Below, piece after piece: positions 12,701 through 28,362 of a DNA stretch of 64,000 nt. Positions within the stretch are counted from its first letter, which is position 1; every line of letters begins with the position of its first letter. The DNA comes from Lingula anatina (Eukaryota; Animalia; Brachiopoda). Where the stretch lies: NCBI GenBank assembly GCA_051362555.1, contig CM120646.1:10230001-10294000 (forward strand), in the 5' to 3' direction. The notes beneath the pieces were generated by a model. It searched no databases, was not told where the DNA came from, and was given only the letters and a program-made list of their open reading frames with translations. Position numbers and translations under genes: made by a program.

Positions 12701-15700
12701 CCATGCTTACCGTCTGATAGGTGATTACCAACTGGATGACAGGAAGTCCATAAAAGATTGCTATGGTTATAAGGTTCCTGGGGTAGAAAAAAAATCAAAA
12801 TGAAAACTACGCAGCTAGGATTGCTGGAAATTGTACCATTTGACAAAGGACAAACATAAAAGAATTGTGCAGGTAAACTGGGATTTAAACTTATAAATGC
12901 AGATTTTAATTCATGAGTTTAAACCGTGAAAATATTATATCAGAAGTAATCTTGAGAGTCAATTTTTAACAAATTTCAATTACCAAATACCATATATTAT
13001 AGCACACTCAGTTTATAAATTTAATAGTCACTGTGATTTTAATACAATTTATTTAATAGTGATTCTTATACAATTTATTATTACAATAATATATAATAAA
13101 ATAATTCATCCCTGAAAATAAAATAACTAGTCCAAATAAATTCATGGCACTAAGGTCACATTATAGCCTATGACTATTCTCTTACCACTGGTAAAGTTTG
13201 AATTTTTGTCTTAAAACTTTCCTCCCTTTCCTAGATAAGTCAGCCACATAGAGGAAAGGCTAAAAAATAATTCAAAGAGTCAATATGTTAGATATTTAAA
13301 ATGTGCAATGGATTGTTTACTTGTTATTTCCATAATTATTATATTATATTTTAAAATATGTTTTCCAACATTGTTTGCACTGGGCTTGTAACTGCCTGGA
13401 GAACGATTTGACCAACTCTTGATGACAATCACATGTCACACGTCAGTGACTGCCTTGGAGTTTGGAGTGTGAGGAACTGTTCAAACACTAACAAGTCTTT
13501 CCAGAGACCATAGAAAAGGGCTGTCATAAAATAGGCATAACAGGGTCTCAAGTCACTCTCCACTGGGTGTCAAAAGTAGTACATGGTAGCATTTGGTTGT
13601 GGGATTGTGAAACAGGCCTCCCAAAAATATTTTGATCATTGTATGAGTAGGGAATACTGAGAATCTAGCAATAAAATGGGTCATCTTTGCTCGAACAGGT
13701 GTTCAAATGAAGGTTGGACCCTTGGTTTAACCCTTGGTTTAAATCAAATTAAACACTACAAGAGTTATGAAATTAATAATGGTACATGTAACCTACATGA
13801 GTTGTGCTGTTTTGATAATGGTTACAGAGCTATGGTAACAAAATACCTTAGTTCTAAATACATCCTTCTCCAGCTCGGCATCAGCCAACATGTCGATGTC
13901 AGCCTCGTCCAATGAGCTATCAGAATCATAGTGTGCTGCGGCACTAGAGCCAGTGCCACTGGCGGGTGCTCTCTCTCGGCTAGCACTTCGAGGCGCTGTA
14001 AAGTTGGCAGCTGGCTGGGCTGACATCAAAATAGGAATCAACATTTGTAAATATTTCAAATTTAGATAAAAAATTATGAGCCATCAATTAACCACTTTAA
14101 ACCATACTAAAGCTTCCCCAATTTAAATTGATCTTTTTTTCTGTTTGATAAAAAATGAGTCCAATCTTTGATGTCATTAACTGCCAATCTTTCTACTAAT
14201 ATGTAACATTTAAAAAAAGCGTCTGCATTTTCAGTGCAAGGTGTAACCAAAAATGTTAGACAATTTATCAACAGATTTTCATCTATGGACATATTAATTG
14301 TATTCCTAAAATTGAGGACAACTCAAAAATTATCCTTTAAGTTAAAGAAATGTGGTAAATATCAAATTATTATTGATTATAAACAAACCGTCCCAGTACA
14401 TAATAAAGGACAAATGGAGACGAAACACACATAAAAAATAGACATGGCACTTACCATTGGCGTCCCCCTGAGTTCCATAGGTTTTGTCAGGTGCTCCCTC
14501 AGTTATAGGAATGTTAGGGTCATCATCTAGCAAAAAAATGTGAAGAAATTCTTAACAAATTGAAATAAACTTACAGCATTACGAGTTTTTAAATGTGATT
14601 TACAGCACTAACTTTTTTCATTGAAATTTGACCCCCAAACACTCTTTGTATAAGTATGCTAATGAACTTTGGCTTCTTTATTTAATTATCAACACCTTGA
14701 AATGCAGCATAGTTTAAAGTAGACAGGTGATTTTTAAACTGAATTTCTTATTTGCTTGCTGCTAAGATTTTGGATCTATGTACTTATGATTACCATTAAA
14801 TGCAAATTTAATCATTTTTAAGTGCTTACAAGTTTTTGTTGCATTATGTATAAGCCAAATAGGCTATTTTGACCTTTGTTAAAAGAATACTGTGGTGAAA
14901 CAATGGGTTAAAATATGTTAATCATTTATCTGCCCAAAAGTCATTATTGAGCTATTAATAATGATTGGGAATCAATGCCAATGTCTGTGAAAAAATGACT
15001 GACCATTTTCATTATTATGCCAAACCAAGGTGGAATTAGTATTAAACTTAACTGAACTGCGCCTGTGTAATAAAACGTTTAACAACTATCAAAATTCCAA
15101 TTTCACTAAAATTATACTACATCTGGATCCAGTAAATGAACATAAACCAGCAAACCAATAACCAGGAGCATATCACCTCATGGTAATAAGCCACATTATC
15201 AAATACTATCCAGTGAGAAATGCTGGAGATCCAGTAATACAATAAAATAACTTGAAATATATCACTAGACAGCAAAGCTGAGAAATATGCAGACACCAAA
15301 TGGGATAAATGATTTTCAAAATCCAATGGTGCCAAATTAAAAAAAGGAAATCCCTTTTTTACTTTTTTTTTTTTTACTAAACAACACCACTCAGCAAATA
15401 TGGAGTTAAACAAAGTTGTGTACACTTTGTCACTTATGGGGGGAAATCCCAAAAATGAAAAAAAAAAAAAAAAACTTTTGTAAAAATAATCTGATAATGC
15501 TGATTTTTGAAAGGAACATGTCCATTTACAAAACAAATGCACCCAGTACATTAAAACTACATAATGCTTTGGTAGGTATTGGGTGAACAACAGATGTGTT
15601 AGACAGTGACAGCATCGGTGGACAGTGATAATACTGACAGTGTTCAATATTATACAGACATACCAATGTCTGTATATAAAAATGAATTGAGCTTAACTCT

Positions 15701-18700
15701 GTTACAGCATAGCAAATGGTTTTCTGCCACTGCAAAATGTAAATAAAAGCATGCAATTATGAAAGGTGTCCCAGAAAATAAAGCAAAATGTTATCTTTTA
15801 CACAAAATCCCTGGAATGGGAAAAGGAAAGTACACTAAAACACAGTACTGTTATAAAGGTGAGGTAAATACTTGGTATTTAAGCCAAAAAAAAACCTCAG
15901 CAGACCAAGATACATACAAAGGACATTCAAAAGCATTAGTAAAATCCACACAACCCAAGGAAAAAATATTTCCACTGTCAAAATAATAACATACTTAGCA
16001 ATGGTTCTAGTTCAGCAAATCATGCAAAAAAAAAAAAAAAAAGAATGTGTTACACCACAATCAGTATAAATTTACAGAAAAGAAACTACATTTCATTGGC
16101 TATATGCTTACCAGAAGATTTAGAATTAAGGGTAATCTCATCACAAAGTGAGAGGGCAAACAAACCTTAACCATCAAACTGACGGACAAACGGGCTTTTT
16201 TTTTCCAATTCTTATTATATATATTAAAATGTACAGGTAAAATGTCTCAAGTGTGTCTCGTGTGATAAGAAACATAACAGGACCTACTAAAATTAGCTTT
16301 TAATTACAAATTACAACCTTTATAACTATTGCCTTTTGTTAGTCAAAGAGAGTTGAGAACCCCTGACCCACAAAGCAAGCTCAAATTCCCCGAAAGATGC
16401 ATGTGAAGTTAGTAATTTTTTTGCCATGAAAACCAAACAAAACCTCCATATAGTTTCAAATAGTATAACTTTGTGAAATACCAAAGGACATTGTTTCATA
16501 TTTTCCGAAAAATGATATATGAATGGAAAATTTTCCTCTTTTTCCCTGTGCTATATATAACCACTGATTGCTCTTGGCATCTCACTTGAATAAGTATATG
16601 CATTGCACACACAGCTACATCCATACTTTGGAGTGCATGATGCCTATGCAATGCGTGCGCAATCTGGTGGCATTTTGTCGACTCTGACAAACTGGAGGAC
16701 AGATAAATAGGTTAATTTCCAACCAGAATTTCGAGTGCAGTTTTAAAGCTATTTTTTGACTGAATAAGAGATTAATTTGGTTTATCACTTGACACATAGA
16801 CACCATTTTAGTCTTAAAAGAAACTAGTACAAGTGGTTGATATGTGTTACTGGTAATCAACGTTCACTTTACTTTAATAAGCTACCCTTATTTCCAATCT
16901 TCAAAAGCAGCACATATTAATATATTTTTGACAATAATAACCTCTTAAAATTTGTACACTTGCACTTAAGTCTAATTTCCAATCCAGAGAAGTTATAAAT
17001 GCTTCACTTAGAACAGATCACCTCAGCACAAATCAAATAATTTATGATTTCTTACCACAGGGAATCATTCTAATCAGTTATCTGTTCCTATGTTGGAATA
17101 CGTGGAGGACAAAAAGGTATAAACTGCTGCAGTAGGTATCATTTTCAGCCCTTTTCAATAACTATGTACACAATTTTATAAGAATTGTATTGATAGATGT
17201 TTTAATTTGGGGAGGTATAAATACCTGCAGCTAAAAAATGTATCTCCAAAAAACATTAATTTCATAATCTCAAGAATTTTCATGAAAATGTTCTATGCAG
17301 TACACAATATCATTTTTGTCATTTGTGGCTGGTAACAATGGTTGTACAAAAATTTCAACTCTTAGGCTGTATACTGTACCCAGCTGTGGAGATGATAAGA
17401 AACCATTCTTATAGCCTACTATACTACTATTCTTATAGCCTACTAGTGAGCACAGTGGTAAGATAAGCCATCATAACTATACTGTAAATACAACTAGACA
17501 TATGCTACATTCAAATAAGCAGATTTTTTCTTTCACCGAAATAACTCTCCCCTATTATGCAAGCTTGTTCTTAAATCAAAAGTTATCATTGGGTGACAAA
17601 CAAGGATGTAAATTTTGGGAACATGGAAGGACAAATCAAACAGAGCATGTAATGGGCAGAAACTTACAAAGAGGAAGACATTCAGGATTTACTGAAACAA
17701 TTTAAAAAGAAAAAAAGGAAAGACAAGAAAAAATCAGTGTGACATATCTAAACATTAAGGCGAGCATTGCATTTATACATTAGAACACTGAACACTCCCA
17801 GCTGTGCAATTTCCCACCTAACATAATACATTTATCTTAGCATATTTCTGCTCCAACCTAACATGCCTGACCAATGCTAAGCAATGATTTCTTCTCAAAA
17901 AACTGGAGAGTACACTGTCACATGCAACTGCACACTGTCACATAGACTACTTTTGCTGTAATAATACTAGTTGTTGTTACATATGAGTACTCTCTAAACT
18001 GTGACAGTTTTTTAATCACCACTGCATAAGCACCAGTTCACAAGCTGACTTAACATTCCAATTATCATTTGCTGAAATATATTTATACATACCTCTCTCA
18101 GCTGTAAGCCCTTCTTGCTCATCTTTTTTGTTTGGATATCTATAAAAAATTTAAATACTTGTTATTTAGAGTTTAGTAAATATGGAGAATTTTGCATCTT
18201 GGAATTGGCTCAATAGATTGATTCATAGCACATCAATCAAGCTAAAACTGGCATTTGGACAGATAATCTTAACTGTTAGGGCTATACACTTTGAAAGAAC
18301 TTGAAACAAGGAAAATGGTTCATTCTGGTTGTTGTTTTTTTAAACATGAAATGTATTCTACGCTTAAGGTGCAGTATTACATAAAGTTTTATCACCACCA
18401 AATTTAATCAAAGTACTGTTATTGTGGATATTAAAAAAGTAACCAGGACTTCGGGCCAATCAGAATTCTAGGTCTGCATTATTAAAAAAACCTAGATGGT
18501 GTCAAGAGGTAGCCATGGCATACCCCTGCACTTCTCCACATTGTAAAGATGAAAAGACTTTCGACTTTCAACCAACACCCAGGAACAGCCCAACCCAGGG
18601 TGCATTAGTGTCATGCACATCCCTGAAGATAGGTCTATCCCTCCCCTCCTGACACTAATGGTCTAGCAACAATGACACTGTAAGAGTAATTTACAATCAA

Positions 18701-21700
18701 ATTAGCACAAAAAAAAAAAAAAAAAAAAACCTATTAAGTGTTCTGCCACCAAAAACCCTATTGAAAGGATAACAATGTTACTTGTTATTTTATAACTTAC
18801 AAGAAAAACTGAGGATTGACATAGTCATAAATCCAGCCTGATTGTTTTTTTTCCTTTGAGTTTATTCAATTATTTTGTGAAATTGTCATTTTTCTCATTT
18901 TCAATGTGTGAATTTGAGGTCTCATGTTAGTTACATTTTCCTAACATCCATATTAACTGTTGTGAATAATTAAAACTGGCATTGATTTTGGTATTAACCA
19001 AAGTGCATTACTGCATCAAAACTAACAAACTAACCTATTTTCTGCCTTTTGTTTGTACATTTGTCAGCTTTGCTGCCTTGTTGTGCTCCCTTAGCAAAAC
19101 ATTAGGCCTGCTGCAAACTGTCTGGCAAGTTTGCTGCCAACTTGCTGCAAATGGGCAAGGAGTTCTTGCAAATTTGCCGTGAATTTGCAGCAAATTTGAA
19201 AGAAAATGAATCCTTTCTTGCAAACTTAAGATGTTCTTGCAAATTTGCTGTTAAGTAGCAACAATACAAAATTTTCTTGCTAACTCCTACAAACTGGTTG
19301 TCGCAAACTTTTAATCTGCAGCAAATTTGCATCAATATTGCTGCAAACTTTTCATTTTGCTAAGGGCTGTTATTATGAAGATTATTTGTAATAATTATTA
19401 CATATAGTAACCAGGCATTGTCACAGAAATCAAGGGAATGGGGTCCCTCAGGGTGAGATACTCTTTACAAGGTGGGGAAGTGCAGGGAGAGCGATGACTG
19501 TCCATTTAGTTTATGACTGTCCATGTACTATTGTTTATGTGGATATTCACAAAATTTAACTATAAGCACATGACTTCAGGCGTTTGGGGGTTCATTGTCA
19601 CACCTTGAATATTCCAATATGTGAAAATTCACACAAACTGCATATCTTCTAGAAAAATGGTCCAATAAAGTTGCTATTAGAAGCTGTATTTTGGTGCTAT
19701 GAATCAGTTTAAGCATTTTACTGTTATCTTTTTAATGTGTTAAAAGTGAAAAGAGCACAGCATGGTTGGTGGCAGACACTGTTTAAAATCTGATATACAA
19801 TTAAATTATACTTACAAATAGTAGTGCACAAAAGAAATAATCACGGCAACAAGGTAAAAGAAGCCAAAGAATGCTACTGCTGTACCTATGGCCACATAGT
19901 AGTCTGTCACTAAAATAAAAATCCTCACATAAAGCAAGCACATGAATAATTATGAGGCAATTTCACACAAAATTTGAACAAACTTACTTGCAATGCTTAA
20001 AATAGTTCCTTTCAAAGGGTTTTAAAAAAGCAGGAATTGTTCAAAAAAGGAATTATCAATTGAATATCAGAATGAGATATAAATAAATAAATACAATTTT
20101 GTGAGTATGTAATAACAATAACAAGTACAATGCATGCAGCATACACGAAATTTGTATTAACCCCCAAATGTAATATGTTCAGGTAACATTTAAAATTTAA
20201 CCAAAGTAAAGTGTACAATAAATAGCAATGATGAACAGACAAATCAAACAACTCTCATCACCTTTATCTTTAAGATAAATACTTTCCCTTATTACAGTTT
20301 TTAAACCATCCAAGGAGTGGAATGTGGGAGGTGTTGTGTGAGAGAGAGAGAGAAAGTGAGAGAGAGAAAGCGTGTGTGAGTGTATGTGTGTGTGTGTGTG
20401 TGTCACTCACCTGTCAAACTGTGTTCCACTGTGACAGTTACACTCTTCCACCTCCCCTCCTTGCCAGGTGGAGCCACCTTCTCTGTACCCAGACACTCAT
20501 AGTCCCTTGGCTTCACTACCAGGACTATGTACACAGCTTTACCAAATACAGATTTCTATAAGAATGTAAGAAAAGTATGAAGATATTAACATACATCATT
20601 TCAAACATTAAAAATTATTTCATATCAATTTGCCTTTTAACTTAAAAGGTTAAATTCATTTAACATTTTAAAATATACATAATATACTGTTATTAATGTA
20701 TGATTACTTTCTTATTTTACAAAACAGTGTTTCTGTGCATAATTACTTTTGTGGTAACCGTAAGGAGAACACTTTACATGTTAGGCATTTGTTTTCTTTA
20801 CTTTAGGCGAAATGTCCCATTAAAAGAGATGAATAGGTCTCTGGTGGCAAAAAGGTCACAAATGTTACCAGGCCCGTAGCCAGCAATTTCAGAGGGGGGG
20901 GGTCATTTTCTGAAAAAGTGGACCTTTTACCATAAAATCCTCATGTACATAGATCAAATTTTACCCAGAGTGGACCTTTTCCCAGCAAAAAGGGTGGTTC
21001 TTTCGAACCCCCCGAACACCCCCTGGCTACGGGCCTGGTAAAAAAAATTCTCAAAGGTTTCAAAAAAGCTGGATCTGTCAAGATTCAATCAAAAATAATT
21101 GTTCATTTTTACCATGCTTATCATTTTTAAGCAGCATTTCTAACATGATTGTGACACCAATCAGTGTGACAACATTGTGACATATTTCTGACACCACTGT
21201 GACATAACTCTGACATCACTATGACATCATACCTGCACAGATATAGCTGCTTTTTTGGTCATAGTCTGGTATTCTCCTGTGAACTCCACATTTCTATCTA
21301 GGTCAAATACAGGACACTACAAATAAATAAAAACCAATTTAATTTGTATTAAGTTAATCAATGTAGTACATTAACCCATCTAAGAAGGTTGCTGATTACA
21401 ATTAACTCATCAAAGAGAACACATCTAGTCCTGCCAATGGCAATGGAACGTGTTAATCATTACATGCCTTTCAACTGGCTGCTTTCCATAAAGACAAAAA
21501 AAAAAAACAGCTCAACACATTAGACTTCAAATTATTGCAAATGTCTCAAACAAATGTTTATTGGAAAAATTTGGCATTACCTGAAATTTATGTGAACGTT
21601 GTTTTTCTCGTCGATCGTCAAAATAGTTACACGATCAACGAAAAAAGTGACAGCATTGGTTTTAATACACCGTAGATGAAAAATGTTTGACAATTGAATT

Positions 21701-22219
21701 GATGAAAAAAGTGAATGTTGAGTTAATGACAGGGTCGTTTAAACTTGAAACTGAATCGATGGGAAGGCAGTGAATCGACGAAACATAACTGAATCGACGA
21801 CATGAATTTTTGCCCTTTTGGCCGCCCATACAAGCTGATGTACGTCCTGTGAACAGAATAGTTTAAATGTAATCTACACCAGTGATCCCGTACTTACATG
21901 GAGTTCCTGTATAGAGAGCACCATACACAGGTCGTCCTCTGAGGAAGCACGTACCAGGACTTTGTCCACATTCTCTGGAAACACGTACTGGAAGTATATT
22001 GGTGTTGAGGGGGACACCTCTAGCTGGTACACCTTCCCAGTGCTGGAAGAAAGTTTCCAACAGAAGTGGTTTGGTGACTTTTACAGAGTAGGCAATATAT
22101 CTATTATGCTTTATTAAAAAAATTACTAAATAAAGAGCTCTAGGTACATTTCTCAAATCATTTACAAGTTGTAGTAAAACATTCTGGGTAAAGAATAAAT
22201 GTTATTGCAAATTGTACAA

Positions 22220-22255
<36 letters not shown>

Positions 22256-25200
22256 TATTATTATTATTATTATTATTTTATTTTTTTGTGTGGTTAATTA
22301 AAAAATATTTTCTCTACATAATTGTTTTATAAAAATAATCTACTGATTAAAAACCTTCTATATCCACCTTCTGAACTCTGTTACATGACAGCCATCAGAT
22401 GCCAGACCACTTACATAAAAAAGAAGTCTGCCACTCTGGAAGCATTGAGTTTATAGTATATAGCTTGCTCAGAGAAAGAAGACACTGAGACTTCGATATC
22501 TTCCTTAGTCACAGTGGCATTGTCTGGGATGACCTTGCCCTGGTTCTCGTTACACAATGTTCGGCTGACAGTATAGTAATTATAGCTGGAAAGATAAATG
22601 GATTTATAAACAGCATCTTTGGCCATGCACACACAGGTGTGCACTGAAATCAGGTCATAAGTTTAAAATTCATCTGACACTGCTATATTTCATGGATTCA
22701 TCTGGGATGAAGAAAGCCAAGGTACATGTATGTACTCATTCCTTGGTACACTTATTATTTTAAGTGCACTTTTGTGAAAAAAACAAAATAATGTCAATAT
22801 ACTAAATGTGCATGTGTTCAAAGTTGAGGGGGGGACTGCCAGGAGAGGATGCGGCTGTAGTTTTATGAATACTTACGTATGTTCCAAGATGAGGGGGAGC
22901 TGCCAGGAAAGTATACTGCTTTGCTGTTTCTCCACAAACAGTACTGGGGTCTTGCTGCTAGCAGTTGCATTCGCTTCTACGTGGATACGGACAGCATTGG
23001 TCTATAAATAATAATAGTAATAATAATGATAATACTAAAAATAATAAAAACTAGACGATGTTAACAGGAATTCAGCCATACATGTTCCCATAATTCCTTC
23101 CAATGTATTTAGAGTAGCTAATTACCCTGAGGGACCCCATAGGACATCGTTGAAATTCCTATGTAGAAAATTTGAAGCATCCAACCCCCATGGACAGCCC
23201 AACCCAGAGTCACTCTGAAGGGCAGAAATCACTAAATCAGCCTATCAGTCAATGTAGTTCAGTGAGAGAAAATTAGTGCTTTTTTCCATTTTTTTCCTGG
23301 CATTTCTTGTGTGTTGCTAGGGTTAATTTTGGTATCAACTAGCAGGCTAGGGTGTATACTACTGCCAGTTTTTTTTTCAGGACCAGGCTCAGGTGCGGTG
23401 CAGTCGTGAGACCTCTGGCGGAGGGGGCTACTGACTGTGAGTGGTGCAGTGGTTTGTTTACAAACAGAGGGGTGCACATGTTCAAGTGATGCTGGTAAGC
23501 AAGCATAACTGATGACAGTACATTTTTTTGCCATTGGGAGTTATGTCAGTGTGTCTGCTGTCCATGGGGATGGGAAATGTTTCACAGAGTAATTTTGTTC
23601 ATGCAGTATTGCAGGCATTTCTTAGTATGGTCGTCAATGGGAAATTATTTGGTGGTTTCTGCCCTAAAAATACCTAGGTGCCCTTGCACAGCCCTGATGA
23701 TAAGTCTATGTATTATCAAAGTTTCAACTTCCTCGCTCAAATAGTCTGAGAGGATAAAGCACAAATTTCTAATGTATGGACAAATGGGAAGATACACAGA
23801 TACATGGACGAGTGGGTTAACATGATCCCCAATTTGTGTCACAAAAGCTGGTAGTATGAGGATAATAATAATAATGACAACCTGAAATTATACTGCAATA
23901 ACCAAAATTGTAAAGAAACTGGTATTGCCTTACTACAAAAGAATATACTTCATATAAATAAGTGCACACCAGAGACATGCACACAGTTACACCAGCAGAC
24001 AGTCTACACCATATGTAGTTTGAAAATGCAGTTATGGGACAGAAGCCTGATGGAATACACACTAGAGATTATCAAAATTAAATAAGAGAAAAAACTGTTA
24101 CATGATGCCCCACAAAACCCAACAACAAAGTTAATTTATATACTCAGTCGTGGCAAAACTGTCTATTTATCTATTCAAATGGATATCAAATCAATCTTTC
24201 TTTGAAATTAAACTATCAAATTCTAGCACAGCATGTACATGCATGTAGAAAGTGGTTTTCTTTGTCTGTGAGAAGAAATGAAAAAAGAAGACCCTGAGTG
24301 ATCTAGAAAAAGCAAGCCAAAAAAATAAATAATTATTTAATAAAATATGAGAGTTGGCCTGTCACGTGTTAAAGCATTCATGAGCAAGAGAATTAAGTAA
24401 CGGCGCGCACCAACATTGGCTATAGCTATGTGTAACTTGTCACCAGCTGGGATCATATTACATGGCTATTCTCACACCCTATACATATTATTCACAGAAA
24501 CCAGGGTTATGTAGCTGTCTCTATACAAATAACCATCACAGCAAACCTAAAGCTATTCATTCCACTGTAACATTCATCCAGATATCGATTGAACTTACAG
24601 GAAGGAGATTATACCAGAGAAGGTTGGCGATGACATCCCAATCATCTCAGTTATCTGAAACATTCATTTTTGAACAGCTCATAATGTACCCAACCTTCCC
24701 CTGGGTTTTAAGATATTCACACTGCTCCATATAGCAGGAATGTCTATAGTGTATTATGAATGAACTTATCAATTTCACAGTGTATTCAGTACACAATTTC
24801 CAGTGAAGTGATCATAATAGTTTTGTTTGTGTGAAGTTATCAGTATAGTGTGGTTTTAGCAAAGATATTTTAGAATGACTGGGTGCAATATAATCTTCAT
24901 TTTTCACAACACACTGGTTTTGGCAAGAAAAGTGACTGACCACAATCAATATGACGAGAGGCTGTCACTTCACCCTTCATTGTTCCCCAGTGCTAGTGTG
25001 CTACAGCTACTGTACACAGAGACAAGGTGTCCTGAAACCGGTCAGAATTTTTCAAGAATTTCTTGAATGCTTCCACTACTAACAACTGCCATGTACATGT
25101 AGTCTTTGGTTAGGCACACTGCCTGACAGTCATTCATGAGGCTGTTCTTGAAAGTAGCTATAATACTACTGAGATACTACTGATCTTGTCAACCTGGATA

Positions 25201-28200
25201 TGCTGGCGATCAGCTGGTAAATGCCTTTGGCAACAACGGCTAATTGACTTGTTGACAAGTGAACAAGAAAATACATGAATTAGATAGGAAAATCATGCAG
25301 GCGACAAAGTTTTGAATTTATTGGAGTTCATATGTTACGGACTTAAAGCAATGCATACCACAGGGTTCTTTGATATCCCCTAATGCAGTGATATCAGCGA
25401 ATTCTATTAAAAATTAGGGGTTTTGGCTGGGAAACATGTCGTACATGTATGTCAAGACAGCTGATATCCAAGCAGAAAAATTATAGATAGTACTAATAAT
25501 AATTAGATAACCCTCAAAAATGTGCCAATGATTATGCTAGTCAAGAGCTTATTAATTATCAGGTTAAATTTATATTTCTATGCCACTTAAAGCCTTCCCT
25601 GCTTGGAAAGTTATACACATTTGTCCTACTTGTATGTTGTCACACTAAATAATTTTTAAATTTCTGTCATCATCAAGCAACCAGAGATCATACTGCTCAA
25701 GGATTCATACTTTAAAGACATTTGTACAGCTATCAGAGAAAAAAAGTCCAGTAATCGCCTCTGATCTGCTGCACGTACCACTACATGTGGGTTGTTAACC
25801 ATCATACCTTGCAATTACGTATAGTGCTGTTTGGCTAAAATCATCAATATAGTACAGCAGCAGTGTGACTTAATTCAGCTGCTATATGGTTGCTGAATTT
25901 ATAAAAGCTATCAGAATTTCTTGCGGCACTCAATCCACATTAACTTAGTTCAAGATGTATCCTGAATCACCTAACACTATGAACCTGATTCAACATTATT
26001 CATATTATTAATATTATTATTATTTTAAAGAATAAGCCTCCTATTCCCTAAAAATCCAATAACTTTTACATGTTATTATCCACTGTAAAAACCTTAAAAG
26101 TTTTTTCTTTGATCAATTCTTATGCTGGCATATACATGAATATCTGCTCCAAAAAGATTTCCATACTGGTATAAGACTATAACTATTTCAGCACGTGTTA
26201 TTCCATATCATACAAATGTACCACGCAATGAACCAATATTTAATCAATTTAATCAATATAAAGCACATGCAGAAAAATCTTCTCCACCTCTCACACACCT
26301 CCCCATGCGTTGTCCCTGCAGGGGCACAGTAATTAAATCTTGGCTCCATTCCAACGAACTCATGTCAGAGGCGGAGAGACCATTACAGGATTAAGCGGTC
26401 TTCCTTTCATGTAGGGTCCACCATATTTGAGCCTTGGGCCAGTTGATACTCAGATCTTCTATTCTGAATGGCCCCTACATGTATATTTTTTCACACAGCT
26501 AATACATAACTAGGCCGAGTTTGTTTTTTAAAACAGGACCCATGATTACAGAAGACACTTCTACTCTATACAATATCACATTATCACCAACCACATCTAA
26601 TATTATATTGCCTATCAGACAGGTTGGACTATATTCTGTAGACAACTTCTGGGCTCTTGCACTATTAAATATTATCTCTCAATTCATTACTGCAGTCATC
26701 TATAGAGTGGATTCATTTACTTGATTCATCTACACTAAGCCAAGCATCAATTATTCAACCATGTACATTATTCTTTCCTTTGTCTTAAATGAACAAAGGG
26801 AGTTAATTACTGTATACCAGTAACAGAGTAGCCTGGTGTTCTGACTTGACAGTTTGTTTTAGTGGATTTTTAATTTTCTAAAAGCATTTTATTAATATCT
26901 AAATGCATATTACCTTTGTCTACAGAATTCTTATTGTAATAATATTTATTCATTTATTTTTTGTTGTACACAGCTCCAGTAACATGTCAAGCACAGTTTG
27001 TTAAGAAATTTATTATCATTATTGGATATAGTTTTGTCTCAGTTGATAAGCCAGGTAGAACTGTTAATAGTGACGAAGAAAAGCACAAATTATCTGATAC
27101 AAATGAATAAATAGACCTGTGACTAATTATGTCACTGTGAATGTACATTAAGCCACATGCCAGTTTTGCCATGCTTTCAATAACTAACAACTTCTCATTA
27201 TTGCTTTGATATCTGCCATATTGAATTACACTTTTTTACATAAATGAACAGTAGACTGTGTATTAGATACACACAACCAATATTCTTAACATGTAACATC
27301 AAGATCTGAATAAATTATTATTGTGGTTGTTGTTGTCATTATATATTATATATCATTATTATTATTATTATTATATTCATAATATTAAGTACTATTATTG
27401 GGTGTTTGCAAAAAGGGATAATAACCATTCGTAAGATATCCATATTTCACAATAAATACACTGTAAACAACTCACAGAAACATAATAAATTATATTTTAC
27501 CACCAAAACGGTAGTTAACGCAATCATTCTAGAATTTGTGCTTGCCATCACATCATGTGACCTCCACATAGATGGCTGCACTCTGTAATAATCTCTTAAA
27601 GATGCATACAAAGTCAATTTTTTGCCACAAAACCAACCAAATGCCAGCATACCGTTTCAAGTAGTATAACTAAGAGAATTACCAAAAGGCATTGTTTAAT
27701 ATTACCCAAAAATGATGTTTGAATGGATTTTTCTGCTAGCATTCTATACTGTAAGTCAGTAGGGCAGAAAAATAGGTCACGAAAGTAGGTTAAATTTCCG
27801 ACCAAAAATTTAAAGAAAATTAAAGGAGCAGTCTAAAGCTCTTTTATGGCTGATTGAGTGATCTATTCAGTTTATGCCTTGGCATGTCGAATTTATTTGA
27901 GTCGTATAAGAAATTAGTAGAAGTGGTTTACATGTGTTACTGGGAATCCACGCTCCACCGATGTTCGGTTCGTATGTACCTTTAAGATTATTACAAAAAA
28001 AAAAACTAACTTTTTAGAAAAAAAAACAGGGACCAACTTTGAATATGGGAATGGATTGATTAAACATTGGTAAGTATGGGAAAATTGTCCTTTACCCCAG
28101 GAAAATCTATTTTTTGGTCAAAATGAACAGTTGTTATCCCTTTAACATTATTCTGTTAGGTTATTAAGCAGTAGGTTTTGCCAACAATAGTATTAAAAAT

Positions 28201-28321
28201 AATGTCTTGCTGAATTACATAAACTGTTCAAAATACATTGACCTATTATGCACAAAATGACTAGAAAGCTTATAATGTAAAAACATTCTTGGGTTCAATA
28301 ATTATAATAATAACAACAACA

Positions 28322-28362
<41 letters not shown>

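Noticed and set aside
15117-15647. 176-aa hydrophobic ORF
   Set aside because: An AT-rich intronic ORF running through poly-T/poly-A tracts, with no motif or splice support.
17056-17125. Further SIDT cassette-exon candidate with a gtaag donor
   Set aside because: Every acceptor tested gives an in-frame stop or a frameshift.
22219-22277. (AAT)n(ATT)n palindrome
   Set aside because: A simple microsatellite inversion, common in such genomes.
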